Assembly: GCA_945833995.1 (NCBI GenBank)
Contig: CAMAGM010000002.1
Span: forward strand, 1,301-65,300
DNA: 64,000 nucleotides
From: an uncultured Prevotella sp.
GTDB taxonomy: Bacteria; Bacteroidota; Bacteroidia; Bacteroidales; Bacteroidaceae
Reading direction: 5' to 3'
Shown in pieces: positions 21,554-31,688 of this stretch. The notes beneath the pieces are model-generated. The model searched no databases. It saw only the letters and a program-made list of their open reading frames with translations, and was not told where the DNA came from. Made by a program: the position numbers and the translations under genes. Each line of letters starts with the position of its first letter. The first letter of the stretch is position 1.

Positions 21554-22397
21554 CGTTGGGGTCTATACGCTTTATGGTGTTGAACACCTCCTGCGACTCG
21601 TATTTACGGGTGAGTATGAGGAGTATCTTCACGTCGCTTTTCTTAAACCATCCCGTTCCTGACAATACCGTAACTCCACGGTGCATGCGCTCGTTTACAA
21701 TATCAGCAATCTCGTCATATTTCTTTGATATGATGAGGAACTGCACCGTCTGTCGCGTACCGTTTATCACATAGTCGCAAACGTATGCCGCAACAAAGGT
21801 GAAGCAAAGACCATAGACTATTGTCTCCATGCTGTGGAAGAGGAAATAGGATGACGAAATGATACACATGTCGATCATCTGCATGGCGCGACCGAAGCTC
21901 ATTCGGGTGTATTTGCCGAGCAGTGCCACGAGAATGTCAGTACCTCCCGTAGAGCCGTTGTGGGAGAACACGATGCCCAATCCAGCACCACTCAACATAC
22001 CTCCGATGAGCACGTGCATGAACTTGTCCTCGCCAGCTGTTATCACGGGGTGAGCCATGAAGACAGGGCGTAGGGCATCGATGAAAATCGATATGATGGT
22101 CACTCCCACTATGGTACGCAGGACGAACTGCTTCGACAGAGCCTTGTATGCAAGTATCAGCAGTGCCACGTTCATGAACCACAGCATCACGCCAGGCGGC
22201 AGGCCAAAGGCATAGTAGAGCAACGAGCTGGCACCTGTCATGCCGCCCATAACCACTTTTTCTGGCAGGATGAACGCATTGAAGCCTATGGCATAGAGCA
22301 GTATGCCGAAGGTGATGAAGAAGTAGTCCTTCACCATTTGCTTGCGCTTCAACTTTTTGCGTTGCGCCTTTTCTTCTTCCGAATAATTGTATTCCAT
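21492..22397 (-). CDS. YitT family membrane protein
   Basis: GSTGGTDI and RGVT motifs; several TM helices. Confidence 0.88.
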   Translation of the reverse strand: MEYNYSEEEKAQRKKLKRKQMVKDYFFITFGILLYAIGFNAFILPEKVVMGGMTGASSLLYYAFGLPPGVMLWFMNVALLILAYKALSKQFVLRTIVGVTIISIFIDALRPVFMAHPVITAGEDKFMHVLIGGMLSGAGLGIVFSHNGSTGGTDILVALLGKYTRMSFGRAMQMIDMCIISSSYFLFHSMETIVYGLCFTFVAAYVCDYVINGTRQTVQFLIISKKYDEIADIVNERMHRGVTVLSGTGWFKKSDVKILLILTRKYESQEVFNTIKRIDPNAMVSQSFCQGVFGEGFDKIK

Positions 22398-22410
22398 TTC
22401 TTTTAATTTT

Positions 22411-22528
22411 GGGAAGTTAAAGGAGTTAATGGAGTTCAGGTAGTTAAAGACGTATGTTGGAGCCTAAGAATGAAGTGTAAAGACTAATGTCTTTAACTCC
22501 TTTAACTCCTTTCAACTCCTTTAACTCC
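22411..22528. repeat. Palindromic 9-mer element (GGAGTTAAA)n - core - (TTTAACTCC)n
   Basis: Four left and four right units around a core of about 37 bp. Confidence 0.9.
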
Positions 22529-22532
22529 ATGA

Positions 22533-24626
22533 TTATTTGTTCTTCTCAATCCTTACTCGTGCATCAACAGCCACGATGTCGTCGCCGTCGGCAAGCAGTG
22601 GATTGATGTCAAGTTCCTTTATCTCAGTGGCGAAGCGGAGTAGGGTGGAGAGGCGCACGATTATCTCGGTGTACTTCTTCTCGTTGATGCCCTGTTGTCC
22701 GCGTGTGCCACGGATTATCTTGTAGGCACGCAGAGAGTGAATCATCGACGATGCTTCCTCGTAGCTCAACGGGGCAAGTCCGCTCGAAACGTCCTTCAGC
22801 ACTTCTACGAATATGCCGCCCATGCCGCAAAGCACCACATGACCGAAGCGTGTCTCGTATTTCGCGCCTATGAACAACTCCTTGCCACGCAACATCTTCT
22901 GCACCATTACGGAGTGTGCACCCTCAATCTTCATCATACGGTCAAACTCAAGGGCAAGATGCTGCTCGCTGCGTATGTTGAGTGCCACGCCGCCGACATC
23001 GCTCTTATGCAGAGGGCCAACCACCTTTGCCACAACAGGATAGCCTATCTTGTTGGCAAACTCCACGAGTTGCTGCTTGTCGTCGCTCACCATCTCTGGC
23101 ACCATCGGTATGCCTGCGCTCTCGAATAGCTGGCGCACGATGTGTGGTGCTACAAATCCGTCTTCATCAACGCCCGATATGATGTCACGGATTCTTGGCA
23201 CGTCAACGCCAAACAGCTCTATCTCCGGTCGTGCGGGATAAGGCGTGGCAATGATTCTTGAAAGCGATACCGCCAACGTCACCTCGTCGCTGAAGTTCAC
23301 GTGTCCCTTCTTCAGGAATTCAGCCACCTCGGGGCCTGCCGTGTGGAGGCAAGGAAGAATTGGGAATATCGGTTTCTTACATTCCAATATCTTCTTGTGC
23401 AGCACGTCGTAGGTCTCAAACAGTTTCACCAATCCAGGTGTGCCGAAGATGACCATAATGGCATCAACCTCGTCAAAACGGTTCTCGCAATAGTCTATCG
23501 CCGTGGCAAGATGTTCGGGAGTGCCTGTTGCCAGAATGTCTATTGGATTGGCTACCGATGCGCCTGGGAACAGTTTCGACTTCAGTTCCTCGGCTGCCTC
23601 GCCCGTGAACTGTGGCACCTGAAGACCACCCTTCGACAAGGCGTCGGTAAGCATCACGCCAGGACCTCCCGCATGGGTGACGATGGCGAAGCGTGAGAGT
23701 GGGGAGTGGGGAGTGGGGATTGACGAGTGAGGGGCAAGACAGGTGAATATGCAACCAACGGTTGTCAGCTCCTCGCGCGAGAAGCAACGCACGATGCCCG
23801 CCTTGCGGAACAATGCCTCCACGGCAGAGTCGCTTGTGGCAATGGCTCCTGTGTGCGACGATGCCGCACGGCTACCGCTCTCGCTCGACCCGCTCTTTAT
23901 GGCAGCTATCCTACATCCCTTGCGTATGAGCGAGCTGGCGTGGAAGAGCAGCTTGTCGGGGTTGGATATGTTCTCAATGTAGAGCAGCTTTATGGTCGGG
24001 TCAGTTGCGGGATTGAAGTTCTCGTCCATATATTGCAGCACGTCCTCAATGCCTATCTGCTTGCCGTTGCCTATCGACCAAACGGAGTTGAACTGCAAGC
24101 CTTTCATCACTGCCGACTCAAGAATGAACACAGCCGTGGCACCCGAGCCGCTAATGAAGTCAACGCCTCGCGGATTGAGCTGTGGTATTGGCTTTGTGAA
24201 TACGCTATGGTGATGGTTGTTGAGTAGGCCAATGCAGTTTGGACCTATCAAGGCACAGTCGTTCTTACGGCAGGTCTCAAGAATGTTCTCCTCAAGTCGT
24301 GCGCCCTCCTCTGTCTCCTCGCCAAATCCGGCAGAGATGATTATGAACGCCTTGACCTCCTTCTCCTCTGCCAGCACCTTTACGGTATCGGGGCACATCG
24401 CGGCAGGTATCACGAGCACTGCCAAGTCCGTTGGCGGCAGCTCGCTGATGTCGTGGAACACCTTTATGCCCTGTATCTCGTCTTCCTTCGGGTTGACGAT
24501 GCGCAGTGTTCCCTTGTAGCCTCCGCCAAGGATATTTCTCACTATGGCTCCACCAGGTTTGTGGTAGTTGTTTGAGCCACCTATAACGACAATAGATTCC
24601 GGTTGTAAGAGTTGCTTGTTTATCAT
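22533..24626 (-). CDS. Acetate/acyl-CoA ligase (ADP-forming), fused alpha-beta
   Basis: IISAGFGE, IGPNCIG, SHTGA, HKSDVGGV and ELDINPL motifs; start MINKQ. Confidence 0.9.
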   Translation of the reverse strand: MINKQLLQPESIVVIGGSNNYHKPGGAIVRNILGGGYKGTLRIVNPKEDEIQGIKVFHDISELPPTDLAVLVIPAAMCPDTVKVLAEEKEVKAFIIISAGFGEETEEGARLEENILETCRKNDCALIGPNCIGLLNNHHHSVFTKPIPQLNPRGVDFISGSGATAVFILESAVMKGLQFNSVWSIGNGKQIGIEDVLQYMDENFNPATDPTIKLLYIENISNPDKLLFHASSLIRKGCRIAAIKSGSSESGSRAASSHTGAIATSDSAVEALFRKAGIVRCFSREELTTVGCIFTCLAPHSSIPTPHSPLSRFAIVTHAGGPGVMLTDALSKGGLQVPQFTGEAAEELKSKLFPGASVANPIDILATGTPEHLATAIDYCENRFDEVDAIMVIFGTPGLVKLFETYDVLHKKILECKKPIFPILPCLHTAGPEVAEFLKKGHVNFSDEVTLAVSLSRIIATPYPARPEIELFGVDVPRIRDIISGVDEDGFVAPHIVRQLFESAGIPMVPEMVSDDKQQLVEFANKIGYPVVAKVVGPLHKSDVGGVALNIRSEQHLALEFDRMMKIEGAHSVMVQKMLRGKELFIGAKYETRFGHVVLCGMGGIFVEVLKDVSSGLAPLSYEEASSMIHSLRAYKIIRGTRGQQGINEKKYTEIIVRLSTLLRFATEIKELDINPLLADGDDIVAVDARVRIEKNK

Positions 24627-24715
24627 AGCTTTTATTTTGGCTGCAAATATAATCAAAGTTGCAGAAACTACAAAATAAAAACCAAAATATTTTTCTTTTT
24701 CTTCAAACACAAGCA

Positions 24716-24752
24716 AAAATCCCCTCGACACATAGCGTATCGAGGGGATTTC
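24716..24752 (-). terminator. Intrinsic terminator of clpB
   Basis: AAATCCCCTCGA...TCGAGGGGATTT stem with a T-run on the minus strand. Confidence 0.8.
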
Positions 24753-24764
24753 CTTTATTTTCCT

Positions 24765-27359
24765 TTAGTTCCTGAATACGAGTTTGCCGTCTGCGGCATC
24801 TATCGTTATCGGCTTCTCGCGCGACACATCCTCGGCGAGCAGCTTGCGTGAGAGGTCGTTGAGTATCAGACGCTGTATTGCCCGCTTCACTGGGCGTGCG
24901 CCAAACTCTGGGTCGAAGCCCTCGGTGGCAAGTGCCTCTATGGCAGCGTCGGTCACGTTCAGCTGGAAGCCCTGCGGCTCGAGCATGCGTCTCACGGCGT
25001 TCATCTGCAGTCGGACCACGTCGGCAATCTCGTCCTTCCTCAGCGGCAGGAACATTATCGTCTCGTCTATTCGGTTGAGGAACTCCGGACGGATGGTCTG
25101 CTTCAGCATGTCGAGAATCTTGTTCTTGAGCGAATTGATGAACGAAGGTTCGAAAGAAGTTTCTTCATTCTTAATTCTTAACTCCTCATTTATCATCTGG
25201 CTGCCAAGGTTGGAGGTCATGATGATTATGGTGTTCTTGAAGTTCACCGTTCTGCCCTTGTTGTCGGTCAGCCGGCCGTCGTCGAGCACTTGCAGCAGGA
25301 TGTTGAACACGTCGGGGTGAGCCTTCTCTATCTCGTCGAACAGCACCACGCTGTATGGTTTGCGTCTTACCGCCTCAGTCAGCTGTCCGCCCTCGTCATA
25401 TCCCACATATCCTGGAGGCGCACCGATGAGTCGCGACACGCTGAACTTCTCCTGATACTCGCTCATGTCAATTCGGGTCATCATCGTCTCGTCGTTGAAC
25501 AGATATTCTGCCAACGCCTTTGCCAGCTCTGTCTTTCCCACACCCGTCGTACCGAGGAAGATGAACGAGGCTATAGGTCGTTTCGGGTCTTGCAGTCCTG
25601 CGCGGCTTCGCCTTACGGCATCGCTCACGGCGGATATTGCCTCTTCCTGACCTATCACCCGCTTGTGCAGTTCCTCCTCAAGGTGCAGCAGCTTTTCGCG
25701 CTCGCTCTGCATCATGCGTGTCACGGGAATGCCCGTCCAGCGGCTCACCACCTCGGCAATGTCGTCGGCGGTCACCTCCTCGCGCACCATAGCCTCGCCG
25801 TCCTGTGTAGAGCGCAGCTGTTGCTGAATGTTCTTGATGTCGTCCTCAAGGTTTTTCAGGCGGCTGTAGCGTATCTCAGCCACACGCTCGTAGTTGCCCT
25901 CGCGCTCAGCACGCTCTGCCTCCAACTTCAGGTTCTCCATCTGTTGCTTGTCGTCCTGAATACGGTTTACGAGAGCCCTCTCGCCTTCCCATTTAGCACG
26001 ATACTGCTTTTCCTTGTCGCGCAGTTCGGCAATGTCCTTGTCAAGCTGTGCCAGCTTCTGCGTGTCGTTCTCACGCTTTATAGCCTCTCGTTCTATTTCG
26101 AGCTGCTTCAGTCGGCGTGTTATCTCGTCCAGTTCCTCCGGCACCGAGTCGTGCTCCATGCGCAGCTTCGCAGCAGCCTCGTCCATGAGGTCTATTGCCT
26201 TGTCGGGCAGGAAACGGTCGCTGATGTATCGCTCAGAGAGTTGTACTGCCGCTATGCAGGCATCGTCCTGTATGCGCACCTTGTGGTGGTTCTCGTAGCG
26301 CTCCTTCAAACCTCTTAATATAGATATTGCGCTCAGCTCGTCTGGCTCATCCACCATTACGGTTTGGAAACGTCTTTCGAGAGCCTTGTCCTTCTCAAAA
26401 TATTTTTGGTATTCGTTCAGTGTCGTTGCACCGATGCTGCGCAGCTCTCCACGTGCCAGTGCAGGCTTCAGGATGTTTGCAGCGTCCATTGCTCCCTCGC
26501 CGCCTCCTGCACCCACGAGGGTGTGAATCTCGTCGATGAAGAGGATGATGCGTCCGTCGCTCTTCGTCACCTCGTTGATAACCGATTTCAGACGTTCCTC
26601 AAACTCGCCCTTGTATTTCGCACCAGCCACCAGTGCGCCCATGTCGAGCGAGAAGAGCTGCTTGTCCTTCAGGTTCTCAGGCACGTCGCCTCTTACTATT
26701 CGCTCTGCCAAGCCTTCCACGATAGCTGTTTTACCCGTTCCCGGTTCGCCTATCAGCACTGGGTTGTTCTTAGTCCTTCGCGAGAGAATCTGCAGCACAC
26801 GCCTTATCTCGTCGTCACGTCCTATCACAGGGTCGAGCTTTCCCTGCCGAGCCTCCTCAACAAGGTTTTTCGCATATTTCGAGAGGCTTTGGTAGTTGTC
26901 GTCGGCCGACTGCGACTGCACCTTCTGTCCCTGGCGCAGCTCGTCGATTGCCTTCCTCATTTCCTTTTCCGTGCAACCTGCGTCCTTCAGTATTCGGCTT
27001 GCCGTGGTGTTGGCACTCAAAATGGCGAGCAGCATAGGCTCCACGCTCACAAACTGGTCGCCCATTTTCTGGGCGATGTCAGCTGCACGTTGCAGAATGT
27101 TGTTGGTGTCGTTGGAGAGATAGGGCTGTCCGCCCTGAACGCGTGGCAAGTGGCTGATCTCCTGTGTCACGAGCATATCCACCTGATTGGCGTTAACGCC
27201 CAGTTTTTGGAAGATGAATCCCGACACGTCCTTTGCCTTCGTCATTATTGCCTTAAGCAAGTGTATCGGCTCAATAGACTGTTGTCCTGAACCCTGTGCA
27301 ATATTCACCGCCTCCTGTACGGTTTCTTGCGCTTTGATTGTGAATTTGTCGAATGTCAT
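24765..27359 (-). CDS. clpB: ATP-dependent chaperone ClpB
   Basis: Two AAA domains ([16 protein letters not shown]) and a long coiled-coil M domain. Confidence 0.98.
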   Translation of the reverse strand: MTFDKFTIKAQETVQEAVNIAQGSGQQSIEPIHLLKAIMTKAKDVSGFIFQKLGVNANQVDMLVTQEISHLPRVQGGQPYLSNDTNNILQRAADIAQKMGDQFVSVEPMLLAILSANTTASRILKDAGCTEKEMRKAIDELRQGQKVQSQSADDNYQSLSKYAKNLVEEARQGKLDPVIGRDDEIRRVLQILSRRTKNNPVLIGEPGTGKTAIVEGLAERIVRGDVPENLKDKQLFSLDMGALVAGAKYKGEFEERLKSVINEVTKSDGRIILFIDEIHTLVGAGGGEGAMDAANILKPALARGELRSIGATTLNEYQKYFEKDKALERRFQTVMVDEPDELSAISILRGLKERYENHHKVRIQDDACIAAVQLSERYISDRFLPDKAIDLMDEAAAKLRMEHDSVPEELDEITRRLKQLEIEREAIKRENDTQKLAQLDKDIAELRDKEKQYRAKWEGERALVNRIQDDKQQMENLKLEAERAEREGNYERVAEIRYSRLKNLEDDIKNIQQQLRSTQDGEAMVREEVTADDIAEVVSRWTGIPVTRMMQSEREKLLHLEEELHKRVIGQEEAISAVSDAVRRSRAGLQDPKRPIASFIFLGTTGVGKTELAKALAEYLFNDETMMTRIDMSEYQEKFSVSRLIGAPPGYVGYDEGGQLTEAVRRKPYSVVLFDEIEKAHPDVFNILLQVLDDGRLTDNKGRTVNFKNTIIIMTSNLGSQMINEELRIKNEETSFEPSFINSLKNKILDMLKQTIRPEFLNRIDETIMFLPLRKDEIADVVRLQMNAVRRMLEPQGFQLNVTDAAIEALATEGFDPEFGARPVKRAIQRLILNDLSRKLLAEDVSREKPITIDAADGKLVFRN

Positions 27360-27409
27360 ACCTTGACTCCTTTCTTTTTATAATATAAATCGTTTCTACT
27401 CTCTTTCCC

Positions 27410-27471
27410 GCAAACCTCATGCCAACCTCCCTCCTTATGTCAAAATGGCATCAACATCCGTCAAAATGGCA
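27410..27471 (-). promoter_or_regulatory. Sigma-54-type -24/-12 promoter plus two upstream 12-bp direct repeats
   Basis: Minus strand TTGGCATGAGGTTTGC (GG-N10-GC); GTCAAAATGGCA at 27439 and 27460. Confidence 0.65.
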
Positions 27472-27673
27472 CGTCTTTGCCAAGCCTGTTATAGTTGTGA
27501 CAATGTGTCTCAAATTCGCCGCCATTATCACAGCGATGTAAATTCCGAGGTGTGTCTTGACTACTTGTTCACTTAGGCGTATGATGTCTTATACAGATAT
27601 AGCTATTGATATTGTTCAACGATGCCGTATCGAAAGGACGAATAGTTAGGGGCTTGTTATACAATTAACAGCC

Positions 27674-27720
27674 CTTTCATGCGGTTGTAACGGTTTTGTA
27701 ATATGAACGTTGTACCTTTG
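27674..27720 (+). promoter_or_regulatory. Pho-box-like 11-bp-period repeats and TAnnTTTG promoter
   Basis: CTTTCAT-N4-TTGTAAC-N4-TTGTAAT; TACCTTTG at 27713-27720. Confidence 0.55.
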
Positions 27721-27754
27721 CAGCGCAAAATAATACTAAAGTGAGACAACGAGT

Positions 27755-28759
27755 ATGAAGACATTCTTTTCTGCCATCCTACTTATGGCGGCAACAACGG
27801 CGACGGCACAGCAGTTTATGCCAGAGATTCACGGAACAATACGTGGAAAATATGAGTACCAAACCGAAGAGGGCGAGGGACGCTTTGAGGTGCGCAACGC
27901 CCGTATCAGCGTTACGGGAAAACTTATAGAGCAATTGTCGTACAAGGCTGAGATTGACCTCTCGGACGAGGGCTCGATAAAGATGCTTGACGCATACGCA
28001 CGCCTTACGCCAGTGGAGCGACTCAACTTCACAATAGGTCAGTTCCGCGTGCCATTCACAATAGATGCCCACCGCTCGCCTCACCAACAATATTTCGCCA
28101 ACCGCTCGTTCATTGCCAAACAAGTGGGCAATGTGCGCGACGTGGGTGCCACGTTGGGCTATACCTTCAAGGGAGCCAACGCAATAATACTTGAGGCAGG
28201 ACTTTTCAATGGCTCAGGACTGACAAACCAAAAGGACTATTGGACCAAGGCAGTGAACTTCTCTGCAAAGGCGCAGTTCTTCCTACCGCGTGGATTCAAC
28301 GTGACACTGAGCACGCAGAAGATCTCACCGAATGGCAACACCACGATGATGTATGACCTTGGCACATACTATCATGCCAACGGGTGGCACATAGAGGCGG
28401 AGTATCTATACAAGCACTATAACCATGACCTTTTCTCGGATGTCCACTCCTTCGATGGTTTCATCAACTACGACATTAAGACACGCCGACGTGAGAGCCT
28501 GATAAAGAAGGTGTCCCCTCTCGTGCGCTATGACTTCATGAGCGACCACAGCGACGGGCTGACCATTGACACCAACGGGCTATTGAAACTCACCGACTAC
28601 AAGCGTCACCGACTGACGGCTGGTGTCACACTGAGTCTTGCAAAACCTTTCGTCTCAGACATACGTCTCAACTTTGAGAAATATTTCTATCGCGACGGGG
28701 CAACACCTAAGCCTTCGGAAAAGGACAAGATAGTATTCGAGATAATGACCCGCTTCTAA
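27755..28759 (+). CDS. Porin, OprO/OprP phosphate-selective-like
   Basis: Signal peptide; FEVRNARI, LDAY, GQFRVPF and RDVG motifs; C-terminal F. Confidence 0.75.
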   Translation: MKTFFSAILLMAATTATAQQFMPEIHGTIRGKYEYQTEEGEGRFEVRNARISVTGKLIEQLSYKAEIDLSDEGSIKMLDAYARLTPVERLNFTIGQFRVPFTIDAHRSPHQQYFANRSFIAKQVGNVRDVGATLGYTFKGANAIILEAGLFNGSGLTNQKDYWTKAVNFSAKAQFFLPRGFNVTLSTQKISPNGNTTMMYDLGTYYHANGWHIEAEYLYKHYNHDLFSDVHSFDGFINYDIKTRRRESLIKKVSPLVRYDFMSDHSDGLTIDTNGLLKLTDYKRHRLTAGVTLSLAKPFVSDIRLNFEKYFYRDGATPKPSEKDKIVFEIMTRF

Positions 28760-28779
28760 AAGCGGGTCTTCCCGTTTAA

Positions 28780-28970
28780 GGTGGGTTCTATAAATTCGCT
28801 TTGTTGTATTTTTGTTTTTTAGTCGAGGGCAGATTGAAAGTTGAAGAAGGAGTGTAGCGGGCTACACGACTGATGAAACTTACAATATGCACCGAATAAA
28901 AACAAAAAGACAACAAAACGTTTGCCCACAAAAATTATAATAACTACGGTGGGAATTTATAGAACCCACC
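28780..28970. mobile_element. MITE-like element, 191 bp
   Basis: Perfect 18-bp TIR GGTGGGTTCTATAAATTC, TTAA on both flanks, and a long internal imperfect hairpin. Confidence 0.8.
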
Positions 28971-29472
28971 TTAATATCCTGCTGCGCAAGCTCTTGACGG
29001 CAGGTTTGTAATACTCTATCTCCATTGCCTCGATGGTGCGCCGCAACTCTCCCATAAGTTCCGGATAGAACGAGCACATCCTGTAGGCAAGCTTCATGCA
29101 GAGCGACTGTATGCCGGGAAACTCCTGTATGTCGGTCATGTGGTCGAAACAAAAGTCGAGGAAGTCGGTCCTCACTTCGTCTTCCTCCATTCTTAGTCGC
29201 TCAACGATGTTGAGCGACAGGCGGCGGACCGACGAGTTGGCGGTGGTCATGGCAAGATCGATGAGGTTGTCCTTTATAGTCTCAAGCTGCGACAACTCCT
29301 TCTTGCTTGCCTTTGTGAGTCCCCACAGGGCGTTGCGTGCCACCTGATAGTCCTCGTCGTGCATGAACTGCCGACAAAAGCCTATGAAGTCGCCCTTTGC
29401 CTTCACCTCATTATATATTGCGAGAGCCTCCCCTTCGCTGTATGCACCTTTCAGCCGTTCCCTTGTTATCAT
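28957..29472 (-). CDS. Hypothetical helical-repeat protein
   Basis: 171-aa ORF closely packed with its neighbours; HEAT-like pattern; stop lies inside the MITE TIR. Confidence 0.7.
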   Translation of the reverse strand: MITRERLKGAYSEGEALAIYNEVKAKGDFIGFCRQFMHDEDYQVARNALWGLTKASKKELSQLETIKDNLIDLAMTTANSSVRRLSLNIVERLRMEEDEVRTDFLDFCFDHMTDIQEFPGIQSLCMKLAYRMCSFYPELMGELRRTIEAMEIEYYKPAVKSLRSRILRWVL

Positions 29473-29473
29473 T

Positions 29474-29941
29474 CTATTGTACCACCTTGAAACGTATGCG
29501 GAAAGAGTGGGTCAACTCGTCCCAGTTGGTGCCGAGAAGCTCGAAACGACCTATCTGCGATGTGGAGCGGACGTGCTTGCCAATGCAGGGACAGACGTCG
29601 TAGTCGCCTATGCGAACGAGGCGTATTGCCTCTGAGGCATCGTCGGGAAGACGGTCGGGGCTGACATCGTCGGGAAGGGTGTCGCGGGTTACGAACTCGA
29701 AGGTCACTGGTAGGTCGTCGGCTATCAGCTGGTTCATGCGGTCGGCAATCTCCTTTTCCTCTTTCCTCGTCGGCTTGTGGTCAACGATGAACGAGATCTT
29801 GCTTTTCTTGCGCTCTATGTGTGCGTTGCGCGAGCGCTCACAGCCGAACATGCGCTTCATTGTTTGGTTGAGCAGGTGTTCGGCTGTGTGTGCCGGGGGA
29901 AACTCTTCCTTGTTGTGTGAGTTGAGTATTGGGTCTTCCAT
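29474..29941 (-). CDS. AlaX-like trans-editing (tRNA_SAD domain) protein
   Basis: HTAEH and CIGKH zinc-ligand motifs. Confidence 0.8.
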   Translation of the reverse strand: MEDPILNSHNKEEFPPAHTAEHLLNQTMKRMFGCERSRNAHIERKKSKISFIVDHKPTRKEEKEIADRMNQLIADDLPVTFEFVTRDTLPDDVSPDRLPDDASEAIRLVRIGDYDVCPCIGKHVRSTSQIGRFELLGTNWDELTHSFRIRFKVVQ

Positions 29942-29945
29942 CTTC

Positions 29946-31610
29946 TTATAGTGTTATTTTGTAAACCGCAACCCCGTAGGCGGGCACAGTGGCTTGAAGG
30001 CTTCCGTCCTTGGTCAACGCCACTGGCGAGACCATGTCGGTTAGCAGTTCCTTTGCCTTGTGGTTGCCCTCGTCGATGTTGAGGTAGTCGAAGGCGTGTG
30101 CAGGAATCGTAACGCTGACATTAGCTTCCTTTTCGTCGAAGTTTGCCACCACGAGCAGCAGTGTCTTTCCTGCCTTGCGGAGGAATGTGTAGTGGCGATA
30201 GGGGTTGAACGTGGCAGAGGCGGGGTTGACATACATGAGGTCGAAGAACTCGCCCTCGCTCACAGCCTTCTCCTTTTGTGCTATGGCGATGAGCTTGCCG
30301 TGGATGTCGGCAAGGCGTCTCTCGTCGTCGGTGAGTTGGTTGGCTGCGGCACGGCATAGCGTGTCGATGCTCCAATAGTCGAATATCGTTGTCCTGCCGT
30401 CGCGTCCGCTGAAGCCCTCGGCATCCATGCCACGCTCTCCATATTCCTCTCCCTCGAAGAGCATGAACGGGTTGCGGCGCAGCAGAAGGGAGACAGCGAG
30501 AGCTGGTACTGCCTTGAATGGGCAACCGGCGAAGAAATCGCTGGCTATGCGCTGCTCGTCGTGATTCTCAAGGAAATAGAGCATGTTGTCGGCAATGTCG
30601 TCAGTGGCCTGCCATGCTCCTGTTATTGCCGAGGCGGAAGCGTAGCCACACGTCACGGCACGCAGCGTGTCGTACATTCCCACCTTGTCGTAGAGCAGGT
30701 CGAAACCGCTTGCTATGTATGAGCGGTAGAGCGATGGGTTATAAACCTCGCCTATGATGGTTATCTCGGGATAATCCTTCTTCAGTCGGCTAAGAGCCCA
30801 CGACCAGAATGCCGATGGAACCATTTCCGCCATGTCGCAACGGAAGGCATCTACTCCCTTTGATGCCCAGAAGCGCATGATGTCGAGCATCTTCTGCCAT
30901 GTGTCAGGTGTTGGGTCGAAAAGACCTATGCCGCCGGCATAGTAGTCAACGCCATAGTTCAGCTTTACTGTCTCATACCAGTCGTTCCTGCCTGGTCGGG
31001 AGTCGAAATGGTCGTTTCCCGTCGCTTTTGCGGGAATCTCAACGTATGGCTCTGCCTCTCCGCTGTAGATGTCGAAATAGGGTGAGAACTGCTCGCCAGG
31101 GCAGTAGTAGAAATTGTTCTTTGGTGAAAAACCTTGCTGTGGGTCGTCGTCGTCGCCAAGCCCTTTCACTCCCTTAGGTTGGAAGAGTGACTTGTATTGG
31201 CGTGCGACATGGTTTGGCACGAAATCGATCACGACTTTCATCCCTGCCTTGTGAGTGCGGCTGACAAGAGCCTCAAACTCCTCCATACGCTTCTCCACGT
31301 CAACGGCGAGGTCGGGGTCAATGTCGTAGTAGTCGGCAATGGCGTAGGGTGAGCCAGCCTGTCCCTTAATCACGGCAGGGTGCTGACGTGGAATGCCATG
31401 GGCAGAATAGTCAGTCTTTGAGGCATGGCGTATCACACCAGTGTACCAAATGTGGGTGACACCTTTTTTCTTTATCTCCTTAAGTTCCGCAGCCGAGAAG
31501 TCGTTGAGTTTTCCACAACCGTTCTCCTCAATCGTGCCGTTAGGCTTTCGGGTTGTGTTGCGGTTGCCGTAGAGGCGGGGTAGTACTTGGTAAATAATAG
31601 TCTTGTTCAT
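29946..31610 (-). CDS. GH13 alpha-amylase family glycoside hydrolase
   Basis: DFVPNH, FRCDMA, IGEVY and FLENHDE motifs. Confidence 0.92.
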   Translation of the reverse strand: MNKTIIYQVLPRLYGNRNTTRKPNGTIEENGCGKLNDFSAAELKEIKKKGVTHIWYTGVIRHASKTDYSAHGIPRQHPAVIKGQAGSPYAIADYYDIDPDLAVDVEKRMEEFEALVSRTHKAGMKVVIDFVPNHVARQYKSLFQPKGVKGLGDDDDPQQGFSPKNNFYYCPGEQFSPYFDIYSGEAEPYVEIPAKATGNDHFDSRPGRNDWYETVKLNYGVDYYAGGIGLFDPTPDTWQKMLDIMRFWASKGVDAFRCDMAEMVPSAFWSWALSRLKKDYPEITIIGEVYNPSLYRSYIASGFDLLYDKVGMYDTLRAVTCGYASASAITGAWQATDDIADNMLYFLENHDEQRIASDFFAGCPFKAVPALAVSLLLRRNPFMLFEGEEYGERGMDAEGFSGRDGRTTIFDYWSIDTLCRAAANQLTDDERRLADIHGKLIAIAQKEKAVSEGEFFDLMYVNPASATFNPYRHYTFLRKAGKTLLLVVANFDEKEANVSVTIPAHAFDYLNIDEGNHKAKELLTDMVSPVALTKDGSLQATVPAYGVAVYKITL

Positions 31611-31637
31611 TGTTTGTTTTAGGGAGTATAAATAATG

Positions 31638-31676
31638 GTTTCGGAGCACACTGATTGCTCAGGATGCTCCGAAAAG
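31638..31676. terminator. Hairpin downstream of fabD
   Basis: TTTCGGAGCA...TGCTCCGAAA. Confidence 0.55.
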
Positions 31677-31688
31677 ATGGTATTGAAA

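Noticed and set aside
24784-27290. Long + strand ORFs (178, 342 and 308 aa) opposite clpB, and similar ones opposite carB, purF, maeB and dnaB
   Set aside because: Antisense shadows of highly conserved genes, with no recognisable motifs.
27467-27480. Second sigma-54-like site TGGCACGTCTTTGC on the + strand
   Set aside because: Spacing is GG-N9-GC, one base short of the strict requirement.
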